Positions 55,101-64,000 of a stretch of 64,000 nt of DNA are shown here, one piece after another; position 1 is the stretch's first letter; every line of letters starts with the position of its first letter. The position numbers were made by a program, and so were the translations under genes. The notes beneath the pieces were generated by a model that was given only the letters and a program-made list of their open reading frames with translations, had not been told where the DNA came from and did not search any database. Origin of the DNA: Octopus bimaculoides (lineage: Eukaryota); the NCBI RefSeq assembly GCF_001194135.2, contig NC_068986.1:91044813-91108812 (forward strand), in the 5' to 3' direction.

Positions 55101-56137
55101 ATTTATGGGATGACCCAATATTTGTAAAACTCACTTGTAATATTTGAATCATTAACCACAGAAAATGTTCATATTGATAATTTCATTTCAAAATAAATCA
55201 TAGCCATTTCTCTTTTTCTGTTCTTTGTTTTTTGTACTATCACCATCATTTAATGTCCTTCCATGCTGGCATGGGTTAGATGTTTGAACAGGATCCAAAA
55301 AGTCTAAAGATTGCATTGTACTTCAGTGTCTATTTTGGCATGGTTTCTATGGTTGGAGGCCCTTCCCAATAAAATCTGGTTGTTGTTTGTGTTGTTAATT
55401 AATCCCACATCAGCACTGATCAATCTGACCTATGAGCAAGGGTATTTCAGCCATGATAATTGCATCTTCTTTTGTCAAACATTGTACACGTAGGACTACA
55501 TTATCCAATGTGTCCTTTTTTTCTTTCAAGAAGATAGTATAGTTTGAAGGTGATTTGACTGCAATTTCTGACAGGTCAAGTAATCATACAACATGCAGCA
55601 AGCTGTCAGGTTGAGAAAGTTGGTGCCACTTGATTGCAATGTTTCTGTATTTAACCAACTCCCAAACATAGGAAACTGTGTCAAATTCTAAATTTTAGGA
55701 CATGATGACTAAAATGACAAAAGGGTGACCATGACTTGAACAATAGCTAAATCCTGAAGCTTAACCAAACAAATAAATTGAAAATCTGATATCTGCATAT
55801 TCCCCATTCTGAGTTTATGGATTAGTTTTAAATGTATTATTGGGTGCCTGGATATAATTCTGGTCAAGCTCACTCTTGTGTGGAACTATTGAAGAACCAC
55901 TCTGTTTATAGTTGGATCGGAGTGATATGTCTTTGAATATAAAATTTTTCAATCTTAAAGAAAAAAGTTCAGTCTGTCTTTAATTTAGAACATTGCCTTT
56001 CCCATTATTTAATATTCAGTATTCTATATAATATTCTATCAACTATTAGGTCTCAATTAAATTAAATCTCTTTTACAATATAATTATTGTTAGTATTTAA
56101 TTAGTCTGATTTCAGCTTTCAGTATTTCTTAATCTAT

Positions 56138-56207
<70 letters not shown>

Positions 56208-56320
56208 GATTCATCTTTTATCTATTTCAGACCAAATTAAGTTTCTATGTCTTTGACTGGGATGGAAGAAATATCATTGATGATGATTTTCTTGGCTGTG
56301 CCTTCCTTGACGTACATCAG
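22830..56320 (+). CDS. Partial multi-exon gene: SMP domain + C2A + C2B membrane-contact-site protein (extended synaptotagmin / tricalbin-like); 12 exons found, 5' and 3' ends not located
   Basis: Exons 22830-22915, 33731-33971, 36452-36574, 39300-39406, 40002-40088, 42345-42395, 45122-45255, 45640-45737, 47836-47954, 51925-52031, 53099-53182, 56231-56320 have AG acceptors and GT (one GC) donors and join in phase into 442 stop-free codons. Motifs: [47 protein letters not shown] (SMP); [43 protein letters not shown] (C2). Confidence 0.9.
24221..24280 (+). repeat. 15-bp minisatellite (actatcttctttgca) x4
   Basis: Three perfect units and one imperfect unit. Confidence 0.9.
25020..25200 (-). mobile_element. 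SINE copy (same family)
   Basis: ctggtacttaatttatcaaccctgaaaggatgaaaggcaaagtcgatctcagtggaatttgaactcagaa. Confidence 0.75.
26593..26873. mobile_element. Old fold-back / MITE-like element, ~105-bp diverged arms
   Basis: gagctcttttgtactgaagatgcaaatattt vs aaatatttcatcttcagtgcaaaagagctc, with weaker complementarity extending outward. Confidence 0.6.
28015..28210. repeat. ~196-bp hairpin (MITE-like) with 25-bp perfect stem segment
   Basis: tgacaattattcggtagccatgata / tatcatggctaccgaataattgtca; further pairing ttttggatgc/gcatccaaaa, ggaaacccac/gtgggtttcc; inner stem agttatctg/cagataact. Confidence 0.8.
32390..33340 (-). mobile_element. Strongly purine-skewed (+) tract, probable degenerate LINE AP-endonuclease region
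   Basis: C/T-rich minus strand with weak resemblance ([11 protein letters not shown]...IPLGYSPF) to APE N-termini; heavily decayed. Confidence 0.35.
33731..33971 (+). CDS. Exon 2: [26 protein letters not shown]...[25 protein letters not shown]
   Basis: Lies inside ORF 33700..34038; ttttctag acceptor; gtcagt donor gives the phase-2 end required by exon 3. Confidence 0.9.
35504..35630 (+). repeat. Degenerate ~24-bp AT-rich minisatellite, about 5 units
   Basis: Recurring aaaattaataaatttgt.tcc. Confidence 0.6.
35995..36345 (+). mobile_element. SINE of the family with ccttgggcaagtgtc core
   Basis: Related copies at about 1870-2045, 7270-7430, 7700-7960, 20880-21040, and 3830-3950, 28850-29000, 38340-38470 (minus). 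Confidence 0.7.
36452..36574 (+). CDS. Exon 3: [43 protein letters not shown]
   Basis: tttcttttcag acceptor, gtaagt donor, open frame with SMP-like pattern. Confidence 0.9.
38655..38945 (+). repeat. Left arm of 291-bp near-perfect inverted duplication (SINE + ~75 bp non-SINE flank)
   Basis: Base-by-base reverse complement of 40175-40465, one mismatch, no indels. Confidence 0.95.
39300..39406 (+). CDS. Exon 4: [38 protein letters not shown]
   Basis: ttttctgtttcag acceptor, gttagt donor, phase 2 in / 1 out. Confidence 0.9.
40002..40088 (+). CDS. Exon 5: end of SMP (LVDP) and linker
   Basis: tccttttccag acceptor, gtgagt donor; [29 protein letters not shown]. Confidence 0.88.
40175..40465 (-). 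repeat. Right arm of 291-bp near-perfect inverted duplication
   Basis: Reverse complement of 38655-38945; only difference 38844 A vs 40276 C. Confidence 0.95.
40466..41910. mobile_element. Cluster of about six tRNA-derived SINE copies/fragments (mostly +, last copy -)
   Basis: Repeated core gagttcaaattc...gtcgactttgcc...ataaattaagtaccag separated by (TTA)n tails. Confidence 0.8.
42345..42395 (+). CDS. Exon 6 (51 nt): start of C2[17 protein letters not shown]
   Basis: tttcatatccag acceptor, gtaaga donor, GVLTVHI strand motif, phase 1/1. Confidence 0.82.
43413..43634 (-). mobile_element. piggyBac-type MITE, same family as 19324-19545, opposite orientation
   Basis: TTAA|CCCTTTTG ... CAAAAGGA|TTAA; same length; internal sequence is the diverged reverse complement. 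Confidence 0.78.
44126..44516 (+). mobile_element. Apparently full-length tRNA-derived SINE (third family)
   Basis: A box tggcccagtgg, B box gtttcaattcc, CpG-rich body, A-rich tail; its 3' end recurs at about 52560-52612. Confidence 0.75.
45122..45255 (+). CDS. Exon 7: C2[45 protein letters not shown]
   Basis: ttttattgcag acceptor, gttagt donor; supplies the phase 1 to 0 transition needed between exons 6 and 8. Confidence 0.82.
45640..45737 (+). CDS. Exon 8: C2[33 protein letters not shown]
   Basis: atttttcag acceptor, gtaagt donor; only frame 0 is open. Confidence 0.82.
46415..47130 (-). mobile_element. Penelope-like element 3' end: GIY-YIG endonuclease fragment plus downstream terminal region
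   Basis: ORF 46860..47111 [28 protein letters not shown]...ADHVW...[21 protein letters not shown]; continues after a stop as GHNNLLNRP...SIW. Confidence 0.85.
46600..46672 (-). pseudogene. tRNA-derived module (not an intact tRNA) inside the Penelope terminal region
   Basis: A box tggtgtagtgg, anticodon-like loop ctactaa, T loop gttcgattcc; acceptor stem does not pair. Confidence 0.6.
47836..47954 (+). CDS. Exon 9: end of C2A and linker, [39 protein letters not shown]
   Basis: ttttctacccaacag acceptor, gtaaga donor; G.L.L.LQY.P C2 terminal strand. Confidence 0.85.
49480..50095 (-). mobile_element. Second purine-skewed tract, probable degenerate LINE fragment
   Basis: Same compositional skew; overlapping low-complexity minus-strand ORFs. 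Confidence 0.3.
51248..51480 (+). mobile_element. Abundant dispersed repeat with ggatgcccttcc core (SINE/LINE-tail type)
   Basis: Same core recurs at about 3640, 4720-5110 (minus), 32200, 38100, 55350, 57000 and 57740 (minus); starts at a (CAT)n tract. Confidence 0.7.
51925..52031 (+). CDS. Exon 10: C2B start, [35 protein letters not shown]
   Basis: caatttcag acceptor, gtaaga donor, canonical C2 loop-1 motif. Confidence 0.93.
53099..53182 (+). CDS. Exon 11: C2[29 protein letters not shown]
   Basis: ttttgttctag acceptor, AG|gtacaa donor, LNP.W motif, phase 0/0. Confidence 0.9.
53833..55118 (+). mobile_element. Full-length (1286 bp) defective mariner transposon
   Basis: TIRs ttggatcatcccataaataatgcagt / actgcattatttatgggatgacccaa; right flank TA, left flank TG. 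Confidence 0.92.
54016..55041 (+). pseudogene. Mariner D,D34D transposase pseudogene
   Basis: [17 protein letters not shown]-terminus, WVPHKL, MTGDKKW, HQDNA-(34 aa)[12 protein letters not shown]; several stops and a frameshift. Confidence 0.92.
56140..56207 (+). repeat. (CT)n microsatellite just upstream of the exon 12 acceptor
   Basis: Ends about 23 nt before the exon 12 start. Confidence 0.95.
56231..56320 (+). CDS. Exon 12: C2[31 protein letters not shown]; probable GC donor
   Basis: tctatttcag acceptor; D.D...DD.LG loop-3 motif; followed by CAG|GCAAGA then poly-T intron-like sequence. Confidence 0.88.
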
Positions 56321-56941
56321 GCAAGATATTTTTTTTTTTTTTATTGCTTCAGTTCCCTTAACACATTTTGATTCTGTATGAGCAGGATGTGGAGAACCCT
56401 CATAGGACCCCACATTGTTGTTTTTGCAATGAAAAACTGAAAATTTAAATTATGCTCCTCTCACTAATCCCAGCTCTTTAAATGATTAGGTTTTTTTTTT
56501 TTTTTTTGCTTTTAAGAACTGTGGTTGCAGTTAGCAGTTTATATTTCCTAAATAAATGTTGCTGTATTTATTAACTCTTGTTCTTCCATGTAGTTAAGAT
56601 ATGAAACAATTAGTTATATTGAAAGGAATTGACAGATTTAATAACTATCCATGAAATTTAGCTTGAAATTGCAGAGCAAACACATTTGTCTGTGGTATAA
56701 GATCCTGCTTAATTTAGATTCAGTTATCAATCTCTATAACATATCAGAGCCTCCCATCTGTGTCATATGCTAGAAAATCCTATAAATTACATCTGATTAA
56801 ATCTGAAGGAGTTTAATTTGTTATAGAGATTCATAACTGAATCTAAGCAGGATCTTACACCACAGACTTTTGTGTTTTCAACTAAAAAGTATCCTGCATG
56901 TTAGGTGACAAATTCTGCAGCTTATCTTAGAACGATGCAGG

Positions 56942-57815
56942 TGTTGGTAAGCTTGTGTTCTGCACCAGGCTCAACCGTCTGCTTTGGCATGATTTCAGTG
57001 ATTGGATGTCCTTCCTAATAGCAACCAATTTACAGAATGTACTGGGTGCTTTTTTATGTGATATCTGCACCAGTGAAGTCACCAAGTAACTCACAAGAAT
57101 TATCATTTCAAGTACCCAAAAGTATAAGATGGAATATAAAACTGAATATCTCAGGATTTGAAATCAGATCTATAAATTCTTCCGAATTAAAACTTAGTTG
57201 AAATCAGTGAAATATAAGCAACAATGTGAACTGGTCTAAAGGCTGATAGTTTGTGACAAGTTAAGTAGGATGAGGATAATCCCTTTCTATGATTAAGAGC
57301 ACCAGTTTGTTACCAATTTATACATGCTGTGGATGTATTATAAATCTGCATTGTAAGTTAACTTGATAAATTATACTGTATACCTTTACCTATTAGAATG
57401 AATGGAACCTCTTCACAGAACCTACTTACAGCTCAATGAATTAGACCATTGAGAGTTAAGTATATTTACCAGATACCCTGCACACTACCAATAACTTGTC
57501 ACAAACTGTCAGCCTTTAGACCAGTTCACAATGTTGCCTATATTTCACTAATTTCAACAATAAAGTTTTGATTTTGGAGAATTTATAGAACTGATTTCAA
57601 ATCCTGAGATATTCAGTTCTACATTCCATCTTATACTTTTGGGTATTTGAAATGATAATTCTTGTGAGTTACTTGGTGACCTCACTGCTGTGGATGCCAC
57701 ATAAAAAGTACCCAGTACACTCTGTAGAGTGGTTGCTATTATGAAGGGCATCCAATCCTAGAAATCATGCCAAAGCAGACAGTTGAGCCTAGTGCAGAAC
57801 TCAAGCTTGCCAACA
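56942..57815. repeat. Older inverted duplication: ~322-bp arms (56942-57263, 57492-57815), 228-bp spacer
   Basis: Manual alignment gives about 34 differences (~89% identity); arms contain ~150 bp of dispersed repeat plus ~170 bp of non-repeat sequence. Confidence 0.9.
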
Positions 57816-59053
57816 TGGAAAACAACATTAAATGATGATAATGAAATCAAGAGTTTAGCTGTGTATTGGAGTAAATTTCCTTTTCATGTGCAAAACATGT
57901 GTATTTATATAGTTTTCTGTATTAATCCCTTCTACAATTTCCAACTTTGGCGGAATTTACTGAAGTAATTACAACTAGATTGCTAAATTTCTGAAGTCAA
58001 TCATTTTTCAGTTGTGATGATGATAATGGGAAACAGGTAACCACATTTCAGTTTGTAACTTGACAGAACAATAATACCACCTATTTTTCATCCATAAACC
58101 AAGGTTTCAAACCCAACTGCAGGCATTACCTTATGTTCTTAAAAGAGTCATAAAGTGTTACACTGCTTGCTGAAGTCAATTAATTGGAGCTGGGGTGGTA
58201 ACTTGTAATGGTTACATTTCATAATTAAGTAGTCCTTATATGTATATACTCGAGTTTATATAAACTTTTTTGATATTTAGAATTTTAAATTCTTAGGCTA
58301 AAAAAAAATTTCATCTTTGATATGATTAAGTTACTTGATTAATAATTTTTTCATTGCATCACTTTAAAATACTGCATCTGTAACAACTTCACAACTACTT
58401 TTTTAAAGTCTTGCTATCATATTTTATTCTGATTTATTCTGATATTCAACCAGTTCTCTTAGGTTGAACAAAGAAACTTGTAAAATTGAACAGAAAAACA
58501 TTATTACATTATTCCATACGGTATGGTGATAACTTCTGGCTTAATTGGGCCTGAAGCTTAATTTTCAATTGCCAGTTGTAATTGCTTTATTAAGGCAACT
58601 AATCAAAGGTATATATTCTGGGTATGGTACTAATGCACTTCAGCACTATTTCTATCTTAATTTTTTTTCTTTTCTTGTAGTGTCTACATACATACATACA
58701 TACATACTGTTCATTGTGCCCCAGGATGACCACAGCCCTTGAGCTGAAACTAGGAAAAAAATACATACATATACATATACACATACACACACACATATAT
58801 ATGAACGCCATGCTAAATGATTTAAAGATATGTAATTTATCATTGAAAACAATGTATACGTCAAATGTTCCACTCACCCTGTTTCAGTATCCATGGTACA
58901 TTGCTATAACAAATGTTTTTGCAAAAGGCACAAATGATAAAAATTCATGTTTATATTATTAGTCTTATTGCACATGCTTCTCATTTCTCTTGGGAAAGGC
59001 ATTAATTCACAACCTCACATTCCTATTTCCCTATAAAATCTGTTGCTTTATAT

Positions 59054-59579
59054 CAGTGGTTCCCAATCCATGAGTAGCTGCATAAGTCTGAAAGACCTGT
59101 GAAAATCAAACCTTATGCTCTTGATGAAATGTAAAATGTCCATTAATATATTATACAATAAGCCACAAGCGTAAAGGCTGCAATATATTTATAGGAAAAA
59201 AAAAAGAATATTTTCTCTAAAAAATTTTATGTTAATTTTGTTAAGTTTTCTGAATTTTTTTCTTTTGTTTTCAATATTAAAAAGTAGGTCAAGGCAGCGA
59301 ACTGGCAGAACCTTTAGCATTCCAGACAAAATGCTTAGTGGTATTTCATCTGTCTTTACATTCTGAGTTCAAATTCCACCAAGGTCGACTTTGCCTTTCA
59401 TTCTTTTGGGGTTGATAAATTAAGTACCAGTTGCGTACTGGGGTCGATCTAATCGACTGGCCCTCTCCCCAAAAATGTCGGGCCTTGTGCCTAGAGTAGA
59501 GAAGAATATTAAAAAGTAGGTCAGTCACTGAAGATTTGCTAAAATGGGGTCATTGATGGTAACAGATTAGAAACCACTA
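59054..59579. mobile_element. hAT-like MITE interrupted by a SINE
   Basis: TIRs cagtggttcccaa / ttagaaaccacta; 8-bp flanks ctttatat / ctttctat (7/8). Confidence 0.7.
59292..59504 (+). mobile_element. tRNA-derived SINE with 19-bp TSD
   Basis: TSD aatattaaaaagtaggtca at 59273-59291 and 59505-59523; B box gagttcaaattcc. Confidence 0.88.
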
Positions 59580-60232
59580 CTTTCTATTGGTGACCGTTTG
59601 ACTTACTAACTGGATAGATCAGTTTCGGTTCTCAATCAGAACTGATTTCATAATTGCTTAAGTACTTGAAATGGATGTGAATGTCATGACATCTGACTTC
59701 TCCATTTTATGAAATCCTTCATTTTGTGTCTATAAGAGATTACATCCATAGATTAGTATCAATTTCCAATAAGAATATCCTTTCAATTATGTTGCTATTG
59801 CCCTTGGTAAAGGCATGGATATTAGAACTTCACTAAGTTTTGTGCATTCTCTCCTGATGATCCCCTGAAACTTACTGGTGTTCCATATCTGAAGCTATCA
59901 ATTGACAGCATGTACACAATGAAGCTGTTTGCAAGCCTCTGTTGTATGTGTTTGTGTGTGTGAAGAGTAAAGTATTCCCAACTGAAGAATTGAAATGAGT
60001 TGACATGAATTTACAAACAAATCAGTTGATGGGTGCAGTCATGGCTGTGAAGAAGTTTGCTTTGTAGACACAATGTCCCAAGCTTAATCTCACAGTGTGA
60101 TACTTTGGGTATCATCTACCGTAGTCTCAGATTGCTGTCCTGAGCCTTTTGAGTAAAATTCAGTAAATAGAAACTATATGGATGGAGTGTATCTCATCTT
60201 AGGTAATAAACTTTATGCATTGTCTGGTTTAA

Positions 60233-60449
60233 CCCTTTAGCATTTAAGCCAGCCGCATCAGGCCCAAATATTCTAGCTTGTTTTATGCTCAAACTGACCA
60301 AATCTGGCCTCCCACACCTATCTTACAATGTTATTCTAAAAATAAACAATTACATCATTGAAGTCTTTAAGCTACAAGATAATATGATTAATTTAAAACT
60401 GTGGATAAATAAGTATTATATTTGATAAAGTAAACTGAATGCTAAAGAG
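60233..60449. mobile_element. piggyBac-type MITE, second family
   Basis: TTAA|CCCTTTAGCATT ... AATGCTAAAGAG|TCAA (degenerate right end). Confidence 0.65.
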
Positions 60450-61180
60450 TCAATACAATCATTAGGACACTGCTTGGGTGCCTTTTAGTGGAGTCCATTC
60501 TGTTGCAATCTCGGTCTGAAGATAAACCTTTCATGGTTTTGCTTCCCTTTCTTCATCTATACCTAATGAGAAACCCTACAAGCACTCACCGATACTGTTA
60601 TTCCTCCTCTAACTAAGCTATAGAAAAAAAGTTTTTAATCATTCTACCTGATGGTCTTTTTTTTTAATATTTAAAAAGTATTTTTTCAGAAAATTTATCA
60701 AAATTAACATTTGATGTTTTTCTTGGAGAAATATTCTGTTTTTGCACTAAAGATATATTGCAGAAGAGTGATCAGTAAACTAAAGAAAAAAAAGATAGAG
60801 GAGAATTTGTCATGAACTCAAATACACCAAAGTAGTGTCTAAACTGAAAGAAAAGACAAATGCTTTTTTCAACCAAAAATAATGAGACAATTCCAACATG
60901 TGACTACTATAGATAAAACTATTACTGATTTGGCTGAGAGTATTTGTAGCAGTGGACCTTAATAGTTAGACAATCTCTGGCAACATAACTGATGAATGAC
61001 ACCACTGGGAGGAATCATGTTTCAGATGGTGCTTTAGTTATTCTAGGAATGTCCTGACCTTCTGTGCCCAGCCATTAAAGAAAGTAGCTGAGATGGAGGC
61101 TTTAAACATTGGATTTCTAATCCAGAAGATGAGGTTTTCAGTTCCTCTGTAATATTTTATTATTACAGTAATAGTATACA

Positions 61181-61415
61181 CGCGTGGCTTAGTGGTTAGG
61201 GTGTCAACATCATGATCGTAAGATTGTGGTTTCAATTCCTGGACCGGGCGACACGTTGTGTTCTTGAGCAAAACATTTCATTTCATGTTGCTCTAGTCCA
61301 CTCAGCTGGCAAAAATGAGTAACGCTGCAACGGACTGGCATCCTGTCCAGCTGGGGAACACATACGCCATTGAAACCGGGAAACTGGCTAGGCTTTATAA
61401 GGGTGCATTTATTAT
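61181..61415 (+). mobile_element. tRNA-derived SINE, same family as 10944-11202, 12-bp TSD
   Basis: TSD taatagtataca at 61169-61180 and 61416-61427; A box tggcttagtgg, B box gtttcaattcc. Confidence 0.85.
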
Positions 61416-63029
61416 TAATAGTATACAGGCAGTAATGACTACATTTCAGTTTCTAAATTATCCGAGAATTTTTTTTATTTCTCATTTCTCTTGAGTCAAT
61501 GAAGTCACTGATTCCAATATATTGATCAACTAAATACATTATCTCCAGACCATATTTACCTTTTGTGTCTCAAGCACCAGTAGTTTACTGAGCATAAGTC
61601 AATTGTCTAGTCTCTTTAAAAAATTGACCTTGTGTTTAGTCAGAAAGAAATTGTTAGTGTGACCATCTCTCAGTGATGTTTGAATTTGGTAAGATGTGTG
61701 ATCACTGATAGAGATTTACCAATGCATTTGATGTTCTGAAGAAACATATCCAGCTAAGAATTCCTGTTTGGGATTGCTACCATTACCATCATCATTTCAG
61801 ACCTCCATCAGTTCCTAAACTCATGAAAACAAAAAATACCAAAAAGTCATCTAAAAAAAAGATAATGTTTCCAGCTCCTTAAATTCACTTTGTACTCCTT
61901 AAATTTCTCTTTTTAAGGATAAATGGATTCGCAACTCTGCTAATGAATGGACACATCAGGTGACATGATTGTTACTAACAAATAGATTACATCCAGTAAA
62001 TTCCTGTCCCTTACTCCTTTTATACTTAATTATATTATAGCCTAATCAGTTGACCACTAGCAGTTTTAAATAACTTCAAGAAGACAGAATTTTGCATCCA
62101 CAACATCCACACATATATTGGAATGAAAGATGTAGTCTTTCATTCTATGGCAGATTAGATTTGTGACCAAACACATTTAAACAATATTATATCCCAAATT
62201 AAAGGTAATATATACATACCTCCTTTATAGGATATCTTCGAGATTTTTCTATTCTGTTTTATCTTCAAAGATATTGCCCGCTTAGATCTAATTAATTTAA
62301 ATAATTTTTCATTTCTTATTGAGTACTTTAAATGAGAAATAGCTCATTTTTAGATGAATTTATATATGTACAGTGAAGTACATATATATATCTATTATCC
62401 ACTTATATACACACATTCGCTTAAATGTATAGATACATCCATACTTACATACCTACATATATGCAAACCTTTATATGTTTGTATGTAAGGTATACACACA
62501 CACACACATACACACACACATGCACATAATAGTTTTATCTCCCATTCCTTGTTAATTCTATTTCTAACTTTTGTCTGATTTCTTTCTTTATTGCTTACAT
62601 ATTTTAATTTTACTGCTTTGTGTTTATTTTTTTATATATATTTCAATATAAGCTTGCTTTTTTTTAGCATGCTGAACTGCTTGCTTTTTAATTAAGTGCA
62701 TACTAATTCCGTTTAATTAATTAAGTTTATCACATTGATTTCTTGAGCAGTTTAATTAAATTGACTTTCCCTCTTTCTTTTAAATCTATTCTCATGCATT
62801 CTTTCAAAAGATCATATAGAGAGAAGCCCTATTGAGTGAAGAAAGTGAAGTTGTTCTTAATTACAGTTATTTAAATTATTTTTCTTTTAATTGGTATTTA
62901 TTTATTTCTAGAAATATCTTTAGTAATGAGTAAGTTAGTGGTTAACCTTCTTGATGTCAATCTCCCTGAGACAACCTCTGTTTCTGTGACATGTGTCTCA
63001 TCATAAAGTGTTTTTATTTAAATTAGGGA

Positions 63030-63320
63030 AAGTTCATAGCTCAGTAGTTAGATTATCAGGCTTACAATCATGAGGTTGTGAGTTCAATTCATGGACTGGG
63101 CTGTGCATTGTGTTCTTATGCAAAACACTTTATTTCACATTGCTCTGGTTCACTCGGCTATGGAAATGAGTTACAACATCAGTGGCATGGCGAGGGGAGA
63201 CTAGTATACATGGGTGACTGTTGGTCTTCCACAAACAACCTTGCTTGGACTTGAGCTTCAGAGGGGAACTTTTTAGGTGCAATCTTATGGTCATTCATGA
63301 CTGAAGGGATCCTTACTTTA
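63030..63320 (+). mobile_element. Older tRNA-derived SINE
   Basis: tagctcagtag A-box-like and gagttcaattc B-box-like motifs; head resembles the 61181 copy. Confidence 0.6.
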
Positions 63321-63632
63321 CTCTTTACCATTTAAATTAAAATTTTCCATCATAATTTTATTCTAGAACCCAGTGTTAAGTTGTACTCCAAGCACTATCA
63401 TGATAGTGGAAAGAGTTACTTTTCTTAAATTCTTCCACAATTAATTGGAACACAAAGTGTATTTCATATGAAATGTGATCACAAATAGATTAAACAGTTG
63501 GACTACACAAATCCTTGGAGTTGAAGCTTTGCTAACTGTTTTTGAGATATTTTTCTTTTCTCAAAGATATGTTGCTATAAAGTTCAAGGTCTACATAACA
63601 ATGTATTGAAAGATCTCATGTATGTGTGTGCA

Positions 63633-63683
<51 letters not shown>

Positions 63684-64000
63684 TGAGATAGAGAGAGTAA
63701 GTTTGTGTAAGTTTTCCCAATACAAAGATATGTCGTTTACCAGCAGGTCAGTCTCTGCTCAGAGATAAATAATGAAGTAATTAAAATATTGGACAACTAG
63801 ATGGTGGATTGTGATTTCTCATTTACTACAGGTATTTAATTCTGTTTAAGCAAGGACACTCAATACTTTATGCTTCAGTGTATCTATAGCTGTTGAGTAT
63901 AGGTAACAGATCTTGAGACATTTCCTGTGATACACAAAAGATAAACTTCCAGGGCTGGAAATAAGCTCTAGGGTTATGGACTCTTATAGTTTTAATTAGC

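Larger units (their letters stand above)
53551..55210 (+). repeat. Diverged ~188-bp tandem duplication whose second unit is split by the mariner
   Basis: agttgatttt.tgtaaataaatat at 53551 and 53739; gtaaaactcac...gaatcattaac...aaataaatcatagc at ~53652 and ~55124. Confidence 0.6.

Noticed and set aside
57264-57491. Possible exon in the spacer of the second inverted repeat
   Set aside because: The phase-0 reading after cctattag stops after 15 codons (NEWNLFTEPTYSSMN*) and would leave C2B without its last strands.
59853-59885. CTGATGA-tcccct-GAAAC motif
   Set aside because: No pairing for stems I or II and no NUH in position; probably chance.
61918-61959. Candidate next exon DKWIRNSANEWTHQ
   Set aside because: Weak donor (gtgaca) and no match to the expected C2 terminal strands.

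Overview
AT-rich eukaryotic genomic DNA dense in microsatellites, SINEs, MITEs and transposon fossils, with several N gaps. The repeat landscape resembles an octopus/coleoid cephalopod draft assembly (inferred from recalled SINE families, not verified by search). I reconstructed by eye 12 phase-compatible exons (22830-56320, + strand, 1327 nt, 442 stop-free codons) of one large gene. It encodes an SMP lipid-transfer domain followed by two C2 domains (extended-synaptotagmin/tricalbin-like). The 5' exons (TM anchor, start) and 3' exons were not located. Most of the ORF track is microsatellite or gap artefact; the real remnants are mariner, Penelope GIY-YIG, RLE-clade LINE and RTE LINE fragments. 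The most unusual feature is a 291-bp inverted duplication with one mismatch (A:C in the pre-mRNA) that brackets coding exons 4-5, a candidate dsRNA, circRNA or exon-skipping switch. Also notable: an older ~320-bp fold-back, a GC-AG donor, a degenerate C2A beside a canonical Ca2+-type C2B, and several MITE-like hairpins. No rRNA, intact tRNA or CRISPR array was seen.
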